From: Candidatus Multivorans sp. | Lineage (GTDB): Bacteria > Acidobacteriota > Thermoanaerobaculia > Multivoradales > Multivoraceae | Assembly: GCA_965206765.1 (NCBI GenBank) | Contig: OZ242222.1 | Span: 193,662 to 257,661, forward strand | Reading direction: 5' to 3' | Length of the DNA: 64,000 bases | Part shown: one piece after another, positions 17,042-27,200 of the stretch | Layout: every line of letters begins with the position of its first letter | How positions within the stretch are numbered: the first letter of the stretch is position 1 | Notes under the pieces: generated by a model | Seen by the model: only the letters and a program-made list of their open reading frames with translations | Databases searched by the model: none | Told to the model about the DNA's origin: nothing | Position numbers and translations under genes: made by a program

Positions 17042-17265
17042 TCAGAGGTCTTCTTCGGCAACGCCGAGTTGCTTCAACATCGACTTGAGCAGAGGTTTGG
17101 GGATCTCGCCATGCTTGACGATAGTCCGGCGGTCACCGAGGTAGAGCTTCTCATGACTGCCTTTGCCGCCGGCTTGGTCGAGCTGAACTCCTGTCGAGTA
17201 CGTCTTGCGTGGCGCCGAATGCGCCTGACGAACTCGGCTCCGTTCACGCGGTTGGCATGATACAC
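17042..17265 (-). pseudogene. hicA: HicA-family mRNA interferase toxin. The N-terminal helix and the GSHxxL/LKQLG core lie in different frames, so it is probably frameshifted (or uses an unusual start).
   Basis: C-terminus ...GGKGSHEKLYLGDRRTIVKHGEIPKPLLKSMLKQLGV (YcfA/HicA signature) is in the frame of ORF 17042..18214. A HicA-like N-terminus NGAEFVRRIRRHA is in the frame of ORF 17074..17265 (GTG start). Confidence 0.45.
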
Positions 17266-17404
17266 GGCGGCCAGCCGGGCTACGATTGGCCGCCATGCAT
17301 CCCCGTTGCTCAGCTTCGCGTGGCCGCCAACGATCCCCTGTGTCGCACCGGCGAGGCCGTCGTACTTGATAGATCATCGCCCTCCGAGCGGTAGCGTTGG
17401 CCCA

Positions 17405-20400
17405 GTGAACCCCGACACCCGGCTGATCGAGGCGGCGTTTCCCTTGCGCCAGACGTCGCTGGACTCGGTTCACGAGAAGAACGTCCGGCACGGTCACATC
17501 TCGACGCTTCACATCTGGCCGGCTCGGCGGCCGTTGGCGGCCTGCCGGGCGGCGCTCCTGGCGACGCTCCTGCCTGATCCTGGCGACGCGGAGGGGCGGC
17601 GGCGGTTGATGGCACGGATCGCCGGCGAGGTGCGCCAGCGGCAGACGCCGGCGGGCAAGCTGAAGGACGAGACGGCGGGCGGCGTCCTGCACTGGGGGCG
17701 CGAGAGCTCGCCTGAACTCGAGAAGCTGCGGCACGAGGTCAGGGAGGCGTTCGGGGGGCGGGCGCCACGGGTGCTGGACCCGTTCGCGGGCGGCGGCGCC
17801 ATCCCGCTGGAGGCGATGCGGCTGGGCTGTGACGTCACGGCGTCTGACCTCAACCCGGTGGCCTGGTTCGTGCTGCGCTGCACGCTGCACTACCCGCGGC
17901 TGCTTGCGGGGCAGGAACTGCCGCTGCCGGACTTCGCGGTCCGCGACCGGAGCTTCGTTGAGGCGTTCCTCAAGGCGCAGGGGGTGACGAAGAAGGTCGC
18001 GTTGCGCGAGAGGTTGCGCGAGTTGGGGCATTCGGACGGCGAGCCGGTGCAACTGCGGTCGGCGTTGCTCGACCGTGCTGTGGATTCCACCCGGATCGGG
18101 GAGCGAACAGCGGCGGCGCGGGATAGCGATCCGTCCCTGGGAACGCGGGCGTTCCGCCCGCATCCGGCGCGAGACGGCGCCGGACCCGCCCTGCCTGCCG
18201 ACTTCCCTTGGCATCTACGAGCTTGGGGTCGCCGGGTTCTGGCCGAGGCACGGCGCGAACTGGCGCGGCGCTATCCGACCTACGCGGAGTTCGAGCCCGT
18301 GCGGCGGAAGGGCCGTGGCAGGCGGAATGCCGAGGTCTCGTTCCCTGAGAGGCGCTTCCGGCCGCGGTCGCCGGAACTGCTTGAACCGGACGATGAGGGC
18401 AACGTGTCGGTGGCGGCCGTGAACGCCGAGTTCGATTCGGTCCACCTGGAGAACGAGGCGAACCCGCGCTGGGTAGCGAAGCCGACGGTTGCCTACCTAT
18501 GGGCGCGCACGGTCCGTTGCGCGAACTGCCGGGCGGAGCTGCCGCTGCTGAAGACGCGTTGGCTGTGCAAGAAGCCCGGCAAGCGGATCCTGCTTCAGGT
18601 GACGCCGCGGAAAGACGGTTCGGGCGTGGACTTCGCGCTGGAGCACGGCGTGCCGGAAGGCGAGGGGAACGCGGCCAGGCGGCGCGAGCACGACCGCCGG
18701 CTGGGCGCCGCAACGATGAGCCGCAGCGGGGCCAAGTGCCCTTGCTGTTCTGCCATCGCGACGATGGCCGACCTCCGCAACGAGGGGCGCGCGGGGCGGC
18801 TCGGCGAGAGGATGACGGCGGTTGTTGTGGGCGGTCAGCAGGGCAAGGAGTACCGACTGCCGACCGAGGCGGAGATCGCAGTGGCGGCGGTTGGGGAGGA
18901 AGAGCTGCGTTGCCTCTATGCGGAACTCCCGTTCGGCTTGCCGGAGGAGCCGACCCCCAGCGAGAAGGCGCTCGGGATGCGTGTGCCGCGCTACGGCTTC
19001 GATACATGGCGCAAGTTGTTCACGAACCGGCAGTTGCTGGCTCTGGGGATGTTCGTGCGGTCGATTCGAAGCGCTCCAGCCGGGATGAACGACTATCCGG
19101 AGGAGTGGCGCGAGGCCTTGTCGGTGTGCCTCGCCCCTTCGATCAGTCGATTGACGGATCGCTGCAGCACTCTGGCAACCTGGACGAACGATCACGACAA
19201 GATCCGGAGTACGTTCGCTCGCTTTGCGCTACCGATGGTTTGGGACTTCGCTGAGTCATGTCCCCTTGCCGACACGACTGGCGGCTTTGTCCAGGCGGCG
19301 GAGTGGGTCGCACGGGTGTGCGAACACCTTCAGCGGGCTGCTAAGGACGCCCCGTTGCCCGAGGTCGCTCAGAAGTCCGCGACGCGATCGTGGGGCTCCG
19401 GAGCCTTCGACGTCATCTGCACCGATCCGCCCTACTACGACGCCATTCCCTACTCGGACCTGATGGACTTCTTCTTCGTTTGGCTGCGCCGGACTCTGTA
19501 CGGCGTTTCGGCAGCCGGCGATGACGCCTTCGCCGGGCCTCTCGGCCCCAAGTGGAATGCGGCAGCGTCGAGCGGCCAGGGCGATGGCGAGCTGATCGAC
19601 GACGCCTCCCGCTTCGGCGGCGACCGCCGCGCGTCCAAGCAGAACTACGAGGACGGCATGGCGCGAGCCTTCGGACGTTTCCACGACGCGCTGCGTGATG
19701 ACGGGCGGTTGGTCATCGTCTTCGCGAACAAGCAGCCCGACGCCTGGGAGACCTTGGTTTCTGCCCTGATCCGGGCTGGTTTCGTCGTTTGTGGCTCGTG
19801 GCCGATCCACACGGAACGGCTAAACCGGCAGCGTTCCCTGGCGTCGGCGGCGTTGTCGTCGTCCATCTGGTTGGTTTGCCGCCGCCGCCCGGCGGCTGCA
19901 CGACCGGGCTGGGATGGCGGAGTGCTGGCCGAGATGCGCTCCAACATCACCGATCGCCTGCGACAGTTCTGGGACGCGGGCATTCGGGGCCCGGACTTCG
20001 TATGGGCGGCGACCGGTCCGGCGCTTGAGGCCTTCAGCCGCCATCCTGTCGTCAAGAAGGCCGACGCCCAGGGTGAACTGCTGTCGGTCGCCGAGTTTCT
20101 GCGCCAGGTGCGAAGAATGGTGGTGGGCTTTGCCGTCAGTCGCCTGCTCGCGAACGGGTCGGACGAATCACGAGCGGCGGTGGAACTCGACGACTTGACG
20201 ACCTACTACCTTCTGCACCGCCACGACTACGGGCTGGACGCGGCGCCTGCCGGCGCATGCATTCTCTACGCCGTCTCCTGCAACCTGTCGGACGCCGAAC
20301 TCGCTGGCGGCCTGGATCTGCTGGCGCGCGGCGGCGCCTCCACGACCGCGGTCTCGGACGAAGATGGGGACGAGGACGGGCCAGAGACCGCCGGTTCGGC

Positions 20401-20722
20401 TTCCGAGGCCCGGCTAAAGCCCTGGAACCGCCGCCGCAGCCGCAATCTGGGCCAGCCGGCGGCGGACGGCGCGCCGCCGCCCCTGATCGACTGCGTCCAT
20501 CGGCTGATGCAACTCTGGAAGACCGGCGAGCAGACGCGCGTGGATCGCTACCTGGCCGACCGCGGGCTATGGCGCCACGAACTGTTCGCCCGCGTCGTTC
20601 AGGCGGTCATCGAACTCGCCGGCGAGGGCGCCGAAGAGCGGTCCATCCTGGAGTCGATCCAGAACCACCTGCAGGGCCGCGGCGCCGCCGCGCCCGCTCC
20701 GCGGCAGCGGAGCATGTTGTAG
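17405..20722 (+). CDS. DUF1156 (COG1743) N6-adenine DNA methyltransferase with Zn-ribbon, about 1100 aa. This is the methylase component of the DUF499/DUF1156/helicase module.
   Basis: N-terminus RLIEAAFPL...EKNVRHGHISTLHIWPARRPLAACRA is typical of DUF1156. Motif I: LDPFAGGGAIPLEA. Motif IV: DPPY in FDVICTDPPYYDAIPYSD. Zn-ribbon: CANC...CPCC. Probable GTG start at 17405 (the tool ORF starts at TTG 17306). Confidence 0.85.
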   Translation: MNPDTRLIEAAFPLRQTSLDSVHEKNVRHGHISTLHIWPARRPLAACRAALLATLLPDPGDAEGRRRLMARIAGEVRQRQTPAGKLKDETAGGVLHWGRESSPELEKLRHEVREAFGGRAPRVLDPFAGGGAIPLEAMRLGCDVTASDLNPVAWFVLRCTLHYPRLLAGQELPLPDFAVRDRSFVEAFLKAQGVTKKVALRERLRELGHSDGEPVQLRSALLDRAVDSTRIGERTAAARDSDPSLGTRAFRPHPARDGAGPALPADFPWHLRAWGRRVLAEARRELARRYPTYAEFEPVRRKGRGRRNAEVSFPERRFRPRSPELLEPDDEGNVSVAAVNAEFDSVHLENEANPRWVAKPTVAYLWARTVRCANCRAELPLLKTRWLCKKPGKRILLQVTPRKDGSGVDFALEHGVPEGEGNAARRREHDRRLGAATMSRSGAKCPCCSAIATMADLRNEGRAGRLGERMTAVVVGGQQGKEYRLPTEAEIAVAAVGEEELRCLYAELPFGLPEEPTPSEKALGMRVPRYGFDTWRKLFTNRQLLALGMFVRSIRSAPAGMNDYPEEWREALSVCLAPSISRLTDRCSTLATWTNDHDKIRSTFARFALPMVWDFAESCPLADTTGGFVQAAEWVARVCEHLQRAAKDAPLPEVAQKSATRSWGSGAFDVICTDPPYYDAIPYSDLMDFFFVWLRRTLYGVSAAGDDAFAGPLGPKWNAAASSGQGDGELIDDASRFGGDRRASKQNYEDGMARAFGRFHDALRDDGRLVIVFANKQPDAWETLVSALIRAGFVVCGSWPIHTERLNRQRSLASAALSSSIWLVCRRRPAAARPGWDGGVLAEMRSNITDRLRQFWDAGIRGPDFVWAATGPALEAFSRHPVVKKADAQGELLSVAEFLRQVRRMVVGFAVSRLLANGSDESRAAVELDDLTTYYLLHRHDYGLDAAPAGACILYAVSCNLSDAELAGGLDLLARGGASTTAVSDEDGDEDGPETAGSASEARLKPWNRRRSRNLGQPAADGAPPPLIDCVHRLMQLWKTGEQTRVDRYLADRGLWRHELFARVVQAVIELAGEGAEERSILESIQNHLQGRGAAAPAPRQRSML

Positions 20723-20731
20723 GTTCGCTCG

Positions 20732-21130
20732 ATGCTCACTTCGCTCCGTCTGCGGAACTTCAAGAACTTCGCGGACGAGACGCTGCGCATGGGGCCGTTC
20801 ACCGTGCTGGTGGGCGCCAACGCGAGCGGCAAGAGCAACGTCCGCGACGCGCTCCGCTTTCTGCACGGAATCGGCCGCGGATATCGCCTCGCCGATACAA
20901 TCGGCGGCCGGTACGGCGCCGCCGGACAGGCGGGGTGGGCACCGATTCGGGGCGGGGTCGACGAGATTGTCCGTTTCGGAGAGGACCAGTTCACTCTCAC
21001 GGTCGAGACCGGGCTGCCCGGGATCTTCTTTAACCGATACGGGATCGTGGTTGGTGAGGGCAGTAAGGAAGCCGCCGCATTCCGTGTGGAAGACGAGTAT
21101 CTGCGTTCTCGGACGTTCAAGTCGACCGCG
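20732..21130 (+). pseudogene. N-terminal remnant (about 130 aa) of an AAA_21/ABC-like ATPase. Has Walker A but no Walker B or signature motif.
   Basis: LRLRNFKNFADETLRMGPFTVLVGANASGKSNVRDALRFL is a typical AAA_21 N-terminus. The similarity is lost after about residue 135 and the ORF decays into low-complexity sequence. Confidence 0.55.
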
Positions 21131-21167
21131 TCCATTTCCGCATCGAGGAGACGATGTGCCCGATCTC

Positions 21168-22226
21168 GTGAAACCGAAAGTCGGCGTCAGGCTTCTTGTC
21201 GGAGCGTGGCTGGTCGCGGCGGCCGCGGCCGCCCAGACCGACCCGGCACCGCCCAACTTCCACGACGTCCACTTCCACCTGGCGAACTACGTTCAGCGCG
21301 GCATCACCCTGAACGACTTCCTGGAGATCACAGGCGACCGGGTCGGTCGCGCGGCGGTGTTTGGCATCCCCCTGCAACAGAAGTGGGACTACTTCGAGTC
21401 GGGTGATAGGGCGCCGGACTACTACCTGCACTCGGACGCGGCGCTCTACTACTACTCCTTTGTCGACGCGATCATCGCTGAGCAGTACCAGTCGCTCTCA
21501 CCGGCGGAGCAGGAACGCTTCGATCCGATGATCACGGGCTTCAACCCGACCGACATGTACGCCGCGGACCACATTCGACGGGTGCTGGAGATGTACCCGG
21601 GCGTCTTCTCGGGGATCGGCGAGTTCTCCATCCACAAGGAGTTCGTGACGTCGAAGATCCTCGGTCACGGCGCCAGTCTGCGGAACCCGGCACTGGACCG
21701 TGTGCTCGAGTTCGCGGGCGAAGTGGGCCTGGCGGTCATCCTCCACAACGACATCGACACCGTGCTGCCTACGGGAGCGAACGAGCCGGTCCACCTGGAG
21801 CTGCTCCGCGAGATCTTCCGCTCCCACCCTGATGTCACGATCATCTGGGCGCACACCGGCCTCGGCCGTTTCGTCGGGCCGGCGCCGGACCATGTTCAGT
21901 TGCTCGACGGCCTGCTGTCGGACGAGGCGTATGCACACGTCCACTGCGACCTTTCGTGGGACGAGGTAGCGAAGTACATCGTGCGGGACGAAGCCTCGCT
22001 CGCCGCCTGGGCGGCGCTTCTGGAGCGTCATCCCGGCCGGTTCCTGTTCGGCACCGACTCCGTGGCCCCGGCGAGCCGCGAGCGGTATCTCAAGACTTGG
22101 CGTGACTACAAGCCCCTCTGGGAGCGCCTGAGCGAGGAGACACGTCACGCGATCACTCTCGGTAACTACGAGCGCATCTTCGACACCGCGAACCGCGAGG
22201 TGCGGGCTTGGGAAGCCCGGCGGTAG
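21168..22226 (+). CDS. Secreted amidohydrolase-2 family (TIM-barrel metal-dependent hydrolase) protein.
   Basis: GTG start gives signal peptide MKPKVGVRLLVGAWLVAAAAAAQ. HFH metal-binding motif and PF04909-like pattern follow (HxH...H...D). Confidence 0.6.
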   Translation: MKPKVGVRLLVGAWLVAAAAAAQTDPAPPNFHDVHFHLANYVQRGITLNDFLEITGDRVGRAAVFGIPLQQKWDYFESGDRAPDYYLHSDAALYYYSFVDAIIAEQYQSLSPAEQERFDPMITGFNPTDMYAADHIRRVLEMYPGVFSGIGEFSIHKEFVTSKILGHGASLRNPALDRVLEFAGEVGLAVILHNDIDTVLPTGANEPVHLELLREIFRSHPDVTIIWAHTGLGRFVGPAPDHVQLLDGLLSDEAYAHVHCDLSWDEVAKYIVRDEASLAAWAALLERHPGRFLFGTDSVAPASRERYLKTWRDYKPLWERLSEETRHAITLGNYERIFDTANREVRAWEARR

Positions 22227-22297
22227 GGCACGTAAACAGCGTCGCGGCGGCGTCGGAGAGATCGGGGGATCACCAGTGGACACTTACCCGGTGCTGG

Positions 22298-22330
22298 CCA
22301 CCTGTACACCCTCCCGTAAGTCCACCTGTA
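22298..22330. promoter_or_regulatory. Direct repeat CCACCTGTA twice (22298-22306 and 22322-22330) in a lower-GC intergenic region upstream of the AAA_21 ATPase gene.
   Basis: Read directly. The spacing is 24 bp start-to-start. This is a candidate regulator binding site or promoter element. Confidence 0.25.
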
Positions 22331-22340
22331 AGCTGTCGCG

Positions 22341-23615
22341 ATGATCCGCCGAATCCAGGCGCTCAACTACCGCTGCCTGCGGTCGATCGACATTGAGCTC
22401 GACCGATTTCATGTCCTCGTTGGGCCGAACGGCTCCGGTAAGAGCACGCTGCTCGACGTCGTCGGCTTCCTGGGCGACATGGTGTCCGAGGGCCTGCAGG
22501 CAGCCGTCGACGCACGGACCAGGAACTTCCAGGATCTGGTTTGGGGGCGGCCCAGGAACGGACTCGGCTTCGAACTGGCGGTGGAGTTCGATCTGCCCCA
22601 GGACGTGAAGAGCAAGCTTCCCAAGGAGAAAGGATTCGAGCTGTTTCGCTACGAAATCAAGATCAAGGAGGACGACCGGACCGGGGTACGAATCGAGTCA
22701 GAGAGAGGGCTTCTCCTTTCCCGCGTGGAGGAGGCGGCTCCTCTGCAAGGCGTCCTCCGGTTCCCCGACCCGCCGGAGGCCCCTGCAACGATTCTTCTTG
22801 GTGGCCGGCGACGCGGAGCCAGAACCATACTCAGCAAGTCCAGTGCAGGACGAGACAATTTCAACATCGAAGTGTCTGAAGAGTCGGGCAAGGGATGGGC
22901 AATAAGCATCTCGTTCGGCCCAGGACGATCGACCCTGCGAAACCTGCCGGAGTCCCCAGAGAAGTTCCCCGCTTCGACCTACGTCAAGCGTCTGCTTGAG
23001 ACGGGAACCCACAGACTGTTCCTCGATAGTGAACGAATGCGTCAGTCCAGTCCTCCTGGACGCCAGATCGAAGCCATTTCGTACGACGGCTCCAACCTCC
23101 CCCGCGTCATTAGGAGGCTTCGGGAAGAGTGCGGAGAGAAGTTCGAACAATGGCTGAGCCATGTTCGCGCGTCCCTGCCAGCGGTTCGGGACATTCGCGT
23201 TGAAGAGCGCGATGAGGACCGGCACTGTTATCTCGTGATTTGCTACGAGACGGGAGTAGAGGTTCCCTCATGGATGGTCTCGGACGGGACCCTGCGCCTG
23301 CTGGCTTTGACCTTGCCTGCGTATCTGGTTGACGTAAACAAGATCTACGTGATCGAGGAACCCGAGGACGGATTGCATCCAGGGGTCATGCAGGATGTGT
23401 ACGACGCGCTTTCTTCCGTCTACGACTCCCAGGTGCTGCTGGCGACCCACTCCCCGATCTTCCTGAGCCACGCGGATCTCGAACACGTGCTCTGTTTCGG
23501 CATGGACCCACGTGGTGCGACGCACGTTATTCCTGCAACATGGCATCCCCGGCTCAAGGATTGGCAGGGAGATCCGGACCTGAGTGTCTACTTCGCGGCG
23601 GGAGTCCTGGGATGA
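22341..23615 (+). CDS. AAA_21/AAA_15-family ATPase (OLD/abortive-infection-type ABC ATPase without a nuclease domain).
   Basis: Walker A: LVGPNGSGKSTLLD. Walker B region: VIEEPEDGLHP. C-terminal LLATHSP motif. Confidence 0.8.
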   Translation: MIRRIQALNYRCLRSIDIELDRFHVLVGPNGSGKSTLLDVVGFLGDMVSEGLQAAVDARTRNFQDLVWGRPRNGLGFELAVEFDLPQDVKSKLPKEKGFELFRYEIKIKEDDRTGVRIESERGLLLSRVEEAAPLQGVLRFPDPPEAPATILLGGRRRGARTILSKSSAGRDNFNIEVSEESGKGWAISISFGPGRSTLRNLPESPEKFPASTYVKRLLETGTHRLFLDSERMRQSSPPGRQIEAISYDGSNLPRVIRRLREECGEKFEQWLSHVRASLPAVRDIRVEERDEDRHCYLVICYETGVEVPSWMVSDGTLRLLALTLPAYLVDVNKIYVIEEPEDGLHPGVMQDVYDALSSVYDSQVLLATHSPIFLSHADLEHVLCFGMDPRGATHVIPATWHPRLKDWQGDPDLSVYFAAGVLG

Positions 23616-24253
23616 GAGCCAGCGAGGAACCCCGCAGCCTGATCGTTCTGGCTGCGGACAAGCACATCAAGGCGTCCTTGGAGACGCTGCTTGAGCGGCG
23701 CCGGACGGACTTGGCTATTTGTGACATCACGTTCGAAGCGTATCGTCATCCACAGTCGGATCCGGGCTGCAGGACGAAAGCGGCTGAGTTTCTGCGCTCA
23801 TTCATCAGGCAGTACCGCTACGCACTCGTGGTCTTCGATTGGAACGGATGTGGCAGCACGAGCGCGGCAGAGAGCATTCAAGCCGCGGTCGAGCAGGACC
23901 TTGGCCGCAACGGCTGGATGGAGCGGTCGAAGGTGGTCGTGATCTCCCCGGAAGTTGAGGCTTGGGTGTGGAGTTCTTCCGACCACGTCGCACAGGTTCT
24001 TGGATGGGCCGGAGGGCTAGGCCGTCTTCGTTCGTGGCTCGAGGACAGAGGGCTCTGGTCGGCAGGCGACTTGAAGCCGGCTGATCCCAAGAAGGCTATG
24101 GCCCAAGCACTACGCCATCGGCGCCGAGTGCGATCGTCCGTGCTGTTCAGTGACTTGGCGGCTTCCGTCGAGTTCGACCGTTGCGAGGACCGTGCTTTCA
24201 AGGAGCTCATCGGGACGCTACGAACCTGGTTTCCGCGAAGCAAGGCGGCGTGA
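23612..24253 (+). CDS. DUF4276/RloB-like small partner of the AAA_21 ATPase. ATGA overlap with the ATPase stop and GTGA overlap with the DUF499 start.
   Basis: About 213 aa, immediately coupled to the ATPase. C-terminal EVEAWVW resembles the conserved E-x-E-A-W motif of DUF4276 partners. This assignment is by context and weak motif only. Confidence 0.45.
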   Translation: MRASEEPRSLIVLAADKHIKASLETLLERRRTDLAICDITFEAYRHPQSDPGCRTKAAEFLRSFIRQYRYALVVFDWNGCGSTSAAESIQAAVEQDLGRNGWMERSKVVVISPEVEAWVWSSSDHVAQVLGWAGGLGRLRSWLEDRGLWSAGDLKPADPKKAMAQALRHRRRVRSSVLFSDLAASVEFDRCEDRAFKELIGTLRTWFPRSKAA

Positions 24254-27200
24254 CCAGGCCACGTCCCAAACCCTGGCACGAAGTCGTCCGGCTCAAGGAC
24301 GAGCTGCGCTCGGGCGAACTGTCGCTGGCGGAGTTCGCAGCCGATCTGCATGAGGTCACGCTCAGACGGGGCAAGCGGCCGGTGTACGAGGAGCCGGAGA
24401 AGTTCTTCGCGCTGACCTATCCCACGCACGCGTTGCGGGAGCTCGTTCGTGATGTGGCGGCGCGGCTCGCGGGGCGAAGCGACAAGGCGGTGCGGCAGTT
24501 GGAGTTGACGTACGGCGGCGGCAAGACGCATACGTTGATCGCGCTCTATCACTTGTTCCGGGACCCGGATGGTCTGCCGGACGTGCCGGCGGTGAGTGAG
24601 TTTCGCCAACACGCGGGTCACCAGTTGCCGGGGGCGCACACGGCGGCGCTGTGCTTCGACAAGATCGACGTTGAACGCGGCATTGAGGGTGTGCGTTCTC
24701 CAGGTGGCGAGACCCGGACCCTGCGGCATCCGTGGAGCGTGCTCGCGTATCAACTCGGCGGCGATGACGGCCTGCGGGCGATCCACGGCGCGGGTAGTGC
24801 CGAGGAGCGTGAGACGCCCCCGGCCGAGCCCTTGCTGGTGAAGTTGCTGGAGCGCCCGCAAGAGCGCGGCCTCGGAACGCTCATCCTGGTAGACGAGGTC
24901 CTGATGTACGCGCGGGAGAAGGCCGGCCAGGACCGCGTGTGGCGGGATCGCATCATCGACTTCTTCCAGTACCTCGTGCAGGCGACAACGAAGGTCGACC
25001 GCGCGGCGCTGGTCGCATCCCTGCTCGCGACCGATCCCGCCAAGCAACAGGGCGCCGAGGGCCAGCGGCTGATCGAGGATCTGTTCGACGTGTTCCGCCG
25101 GCAGCGGGAGGAGGGCGTGCAGCCGGTCGGAAGGAAGGACGTGGCGGAAGTGCTGCGCCGGCGGTTCTTCGAGCCGGCGGCGTTGCGGGACACCGAGTCG
25201 TGGCGGTCGCAGGCGATCGGGGCGGTGCGAGAGCTGGCCGGTCTCGACGAGACGACAGCCAAGAACAGGAAGACGGAAGAGGACCGTTTCGAGGACAGCT
25301 TTCCATTTCATCCCGATCTGACCGACGTGTTCTACAGCCGGTGGACGCAGCTTCCGGGCTTTCAACGCACCCGCGGCATTCTGCGTATTCTGGCGACCGC
25401 GTTGCGTGAGGCAGAGTCCTGGGATGGGAGTCCCCTGGTGGGCCCTTCGGCGCTGCTGACGGCCCAAGGGACGGAGGGCATCTCGGAAGCCGTGCGCGAA
25501 CTGGCCGGCGTAGCGAGTTCGGAGGTCGGCGAGGGCGCGAGAACCGACTGGGTCACGCTGCTGGAGGCCGAGTTGGACAAGGCGCGGCAGATCCAGGCGG
25601 AGCTGCCGGCCCTGGCGGCCAGCCGCGAGTTGGAGCAGGCTGTGCTGGCGGTCTTCCTCTACTCTCAGCCGATCGGCCGGAAGGCCTCGACGCCGGAGTT
25701 GCTACGGATGGTCGGCGCCGGCGGTCCCGACAAGATCATGCTCCGCAAGGGGCTAGCCCGCTGGCGTGAACTGTCCTGGTTCCTGGACGACGAGGACGTC
25801 GGCGCCGATGTTCACGGCGTAGAGGGGGGCCTGCCCAAGTCCTGGCGGCTTGGCAATCGTCCCAATCTGCGCCAGATGCACGACGAGGCTTGCAAGGAGC
25901 GCGTGTCGACGCAGGCTGTCGAGGCCCGTCTCGAGGAGGCAGTTCGTCAAGCCAGAGTGCTCACGGACGGCGCCCGCGCTGCCGGCGCCGCCGTCCACAT
26001 GTTGCCGGCGTCCCCAAAGGATGTCGGCGACGATGGCGCCTTCCGCTACGTCGTGCTGGGACCGGATGCCGCCTCGGAATCCGGCAAGCCCAGCGCGCTG
26101 GCGAAGCGATATCTGGCCGAGACCACCAGCCCGGACCGCCCGCGTGTTCATCGCAATGCGGTAGTTCTGGGTGTGCCGTCGCGCGATGGCCTGGCGGCGG
26201 CCCGCGGCGGCATCCGCGCGTTGCTCGGCTGGGAGGACGTGAAAGGCCAGCTCACGGGGCAGACGGTCGATGCGATGCAGGCCGAGCGGCTCGGGCGGCA
26301 GCTTCGAGATGCGCGCGCGCGGGTTCCCGACGCCGTGCGGCAGGCGTACTGCGTGGTTGTTGCCGCGGGCACGGACGGCGACACGCAGGCGTTCAAGCTG
26401 CCGGGCGCCGCCGGGCCGCTGTTCAGCGAAATCAAGGGCGACCAGCGGTCACGGATCCGGGAGACTCCGGTCGACGCGGAAGCCCTCTTGCCGGGCGGAC
26501 CCTACGACTTGTGGCGTGAGGGTGAGCAGGCGCGATTCGTGAAGGACCTTGCCGGCGCATTCGCCCGCTATTCGCATCTCCCCAAGGTACTGAGGCCGCA
26601 GATCGTTCGTGAGACGGTGCTGCAGGGCGTGGAACGCGGTCTCCTCGTTGCCCAACTGGCGCGGCCGGACGGGAGTTGCCGAACCTGGTGGAGGGAGCCG
26701 GTGGATTCGGAATGCGTAGACGATCTTGCGCTTGAGGTGGTACTTCCGGGCGGCGCCGAGCTGAAACGTCTCGCCCCGTCCCTGCTGGAGCCGGGGAGGT
26801 TGCCAGGCCTGTGGCCGGATGGGGGCCGCGGAGTCGACCTCACAGCTCTGTTGGAGTACTTCGGCGGTGACTTCACGGTGACCGTCTCCCACGAGGGTTA
26901 CGACGACGTGGTCGAGATTCCGGGCTGCTCTCAGGCAGTCGCGGAAGAGGTCGTCTGTCAGGCCGTAGAGCAGGGCTTCGTATGGCTGCGCAACGGGCCG
27001 ACCTCGGTGTGGAAGGAGGAGGTTCCCTACGGCGCCCTCAATGAACGTGCGGTGCTGCTGCGGTCGCCCGATGAATTGACGCCCCAGGAACTGGTCGAGG
27101 AAGCGCTACCCGGGGCGTGGAGCGACGAACAGGCGACCGGCTGGGGCCTGTCGCAGGCGCTGTCGCAAGTCCGGGGGGAGCCGGTGCCGTGGGGGTTGCT

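Noticed and set aside
17306-17404. TTG-initiated 33-codon leader of the DUF1156 ORF.
   Set aside because: DUF1156 proteins characteristically start M-x-x-x-RLIE-FPL. The GTG at 17405 gives exactly that. The upstream part would overlap the hicA divergent promoter region.
20967-21167. N-terminal 67 codons of the amidohydrolase ORF in the supplied track.
   Set aside because: Ser/Arg-rich, non-homologous. A GTG at 21168 yields a clean signal peptide followed by the HFH metal-binding motif.
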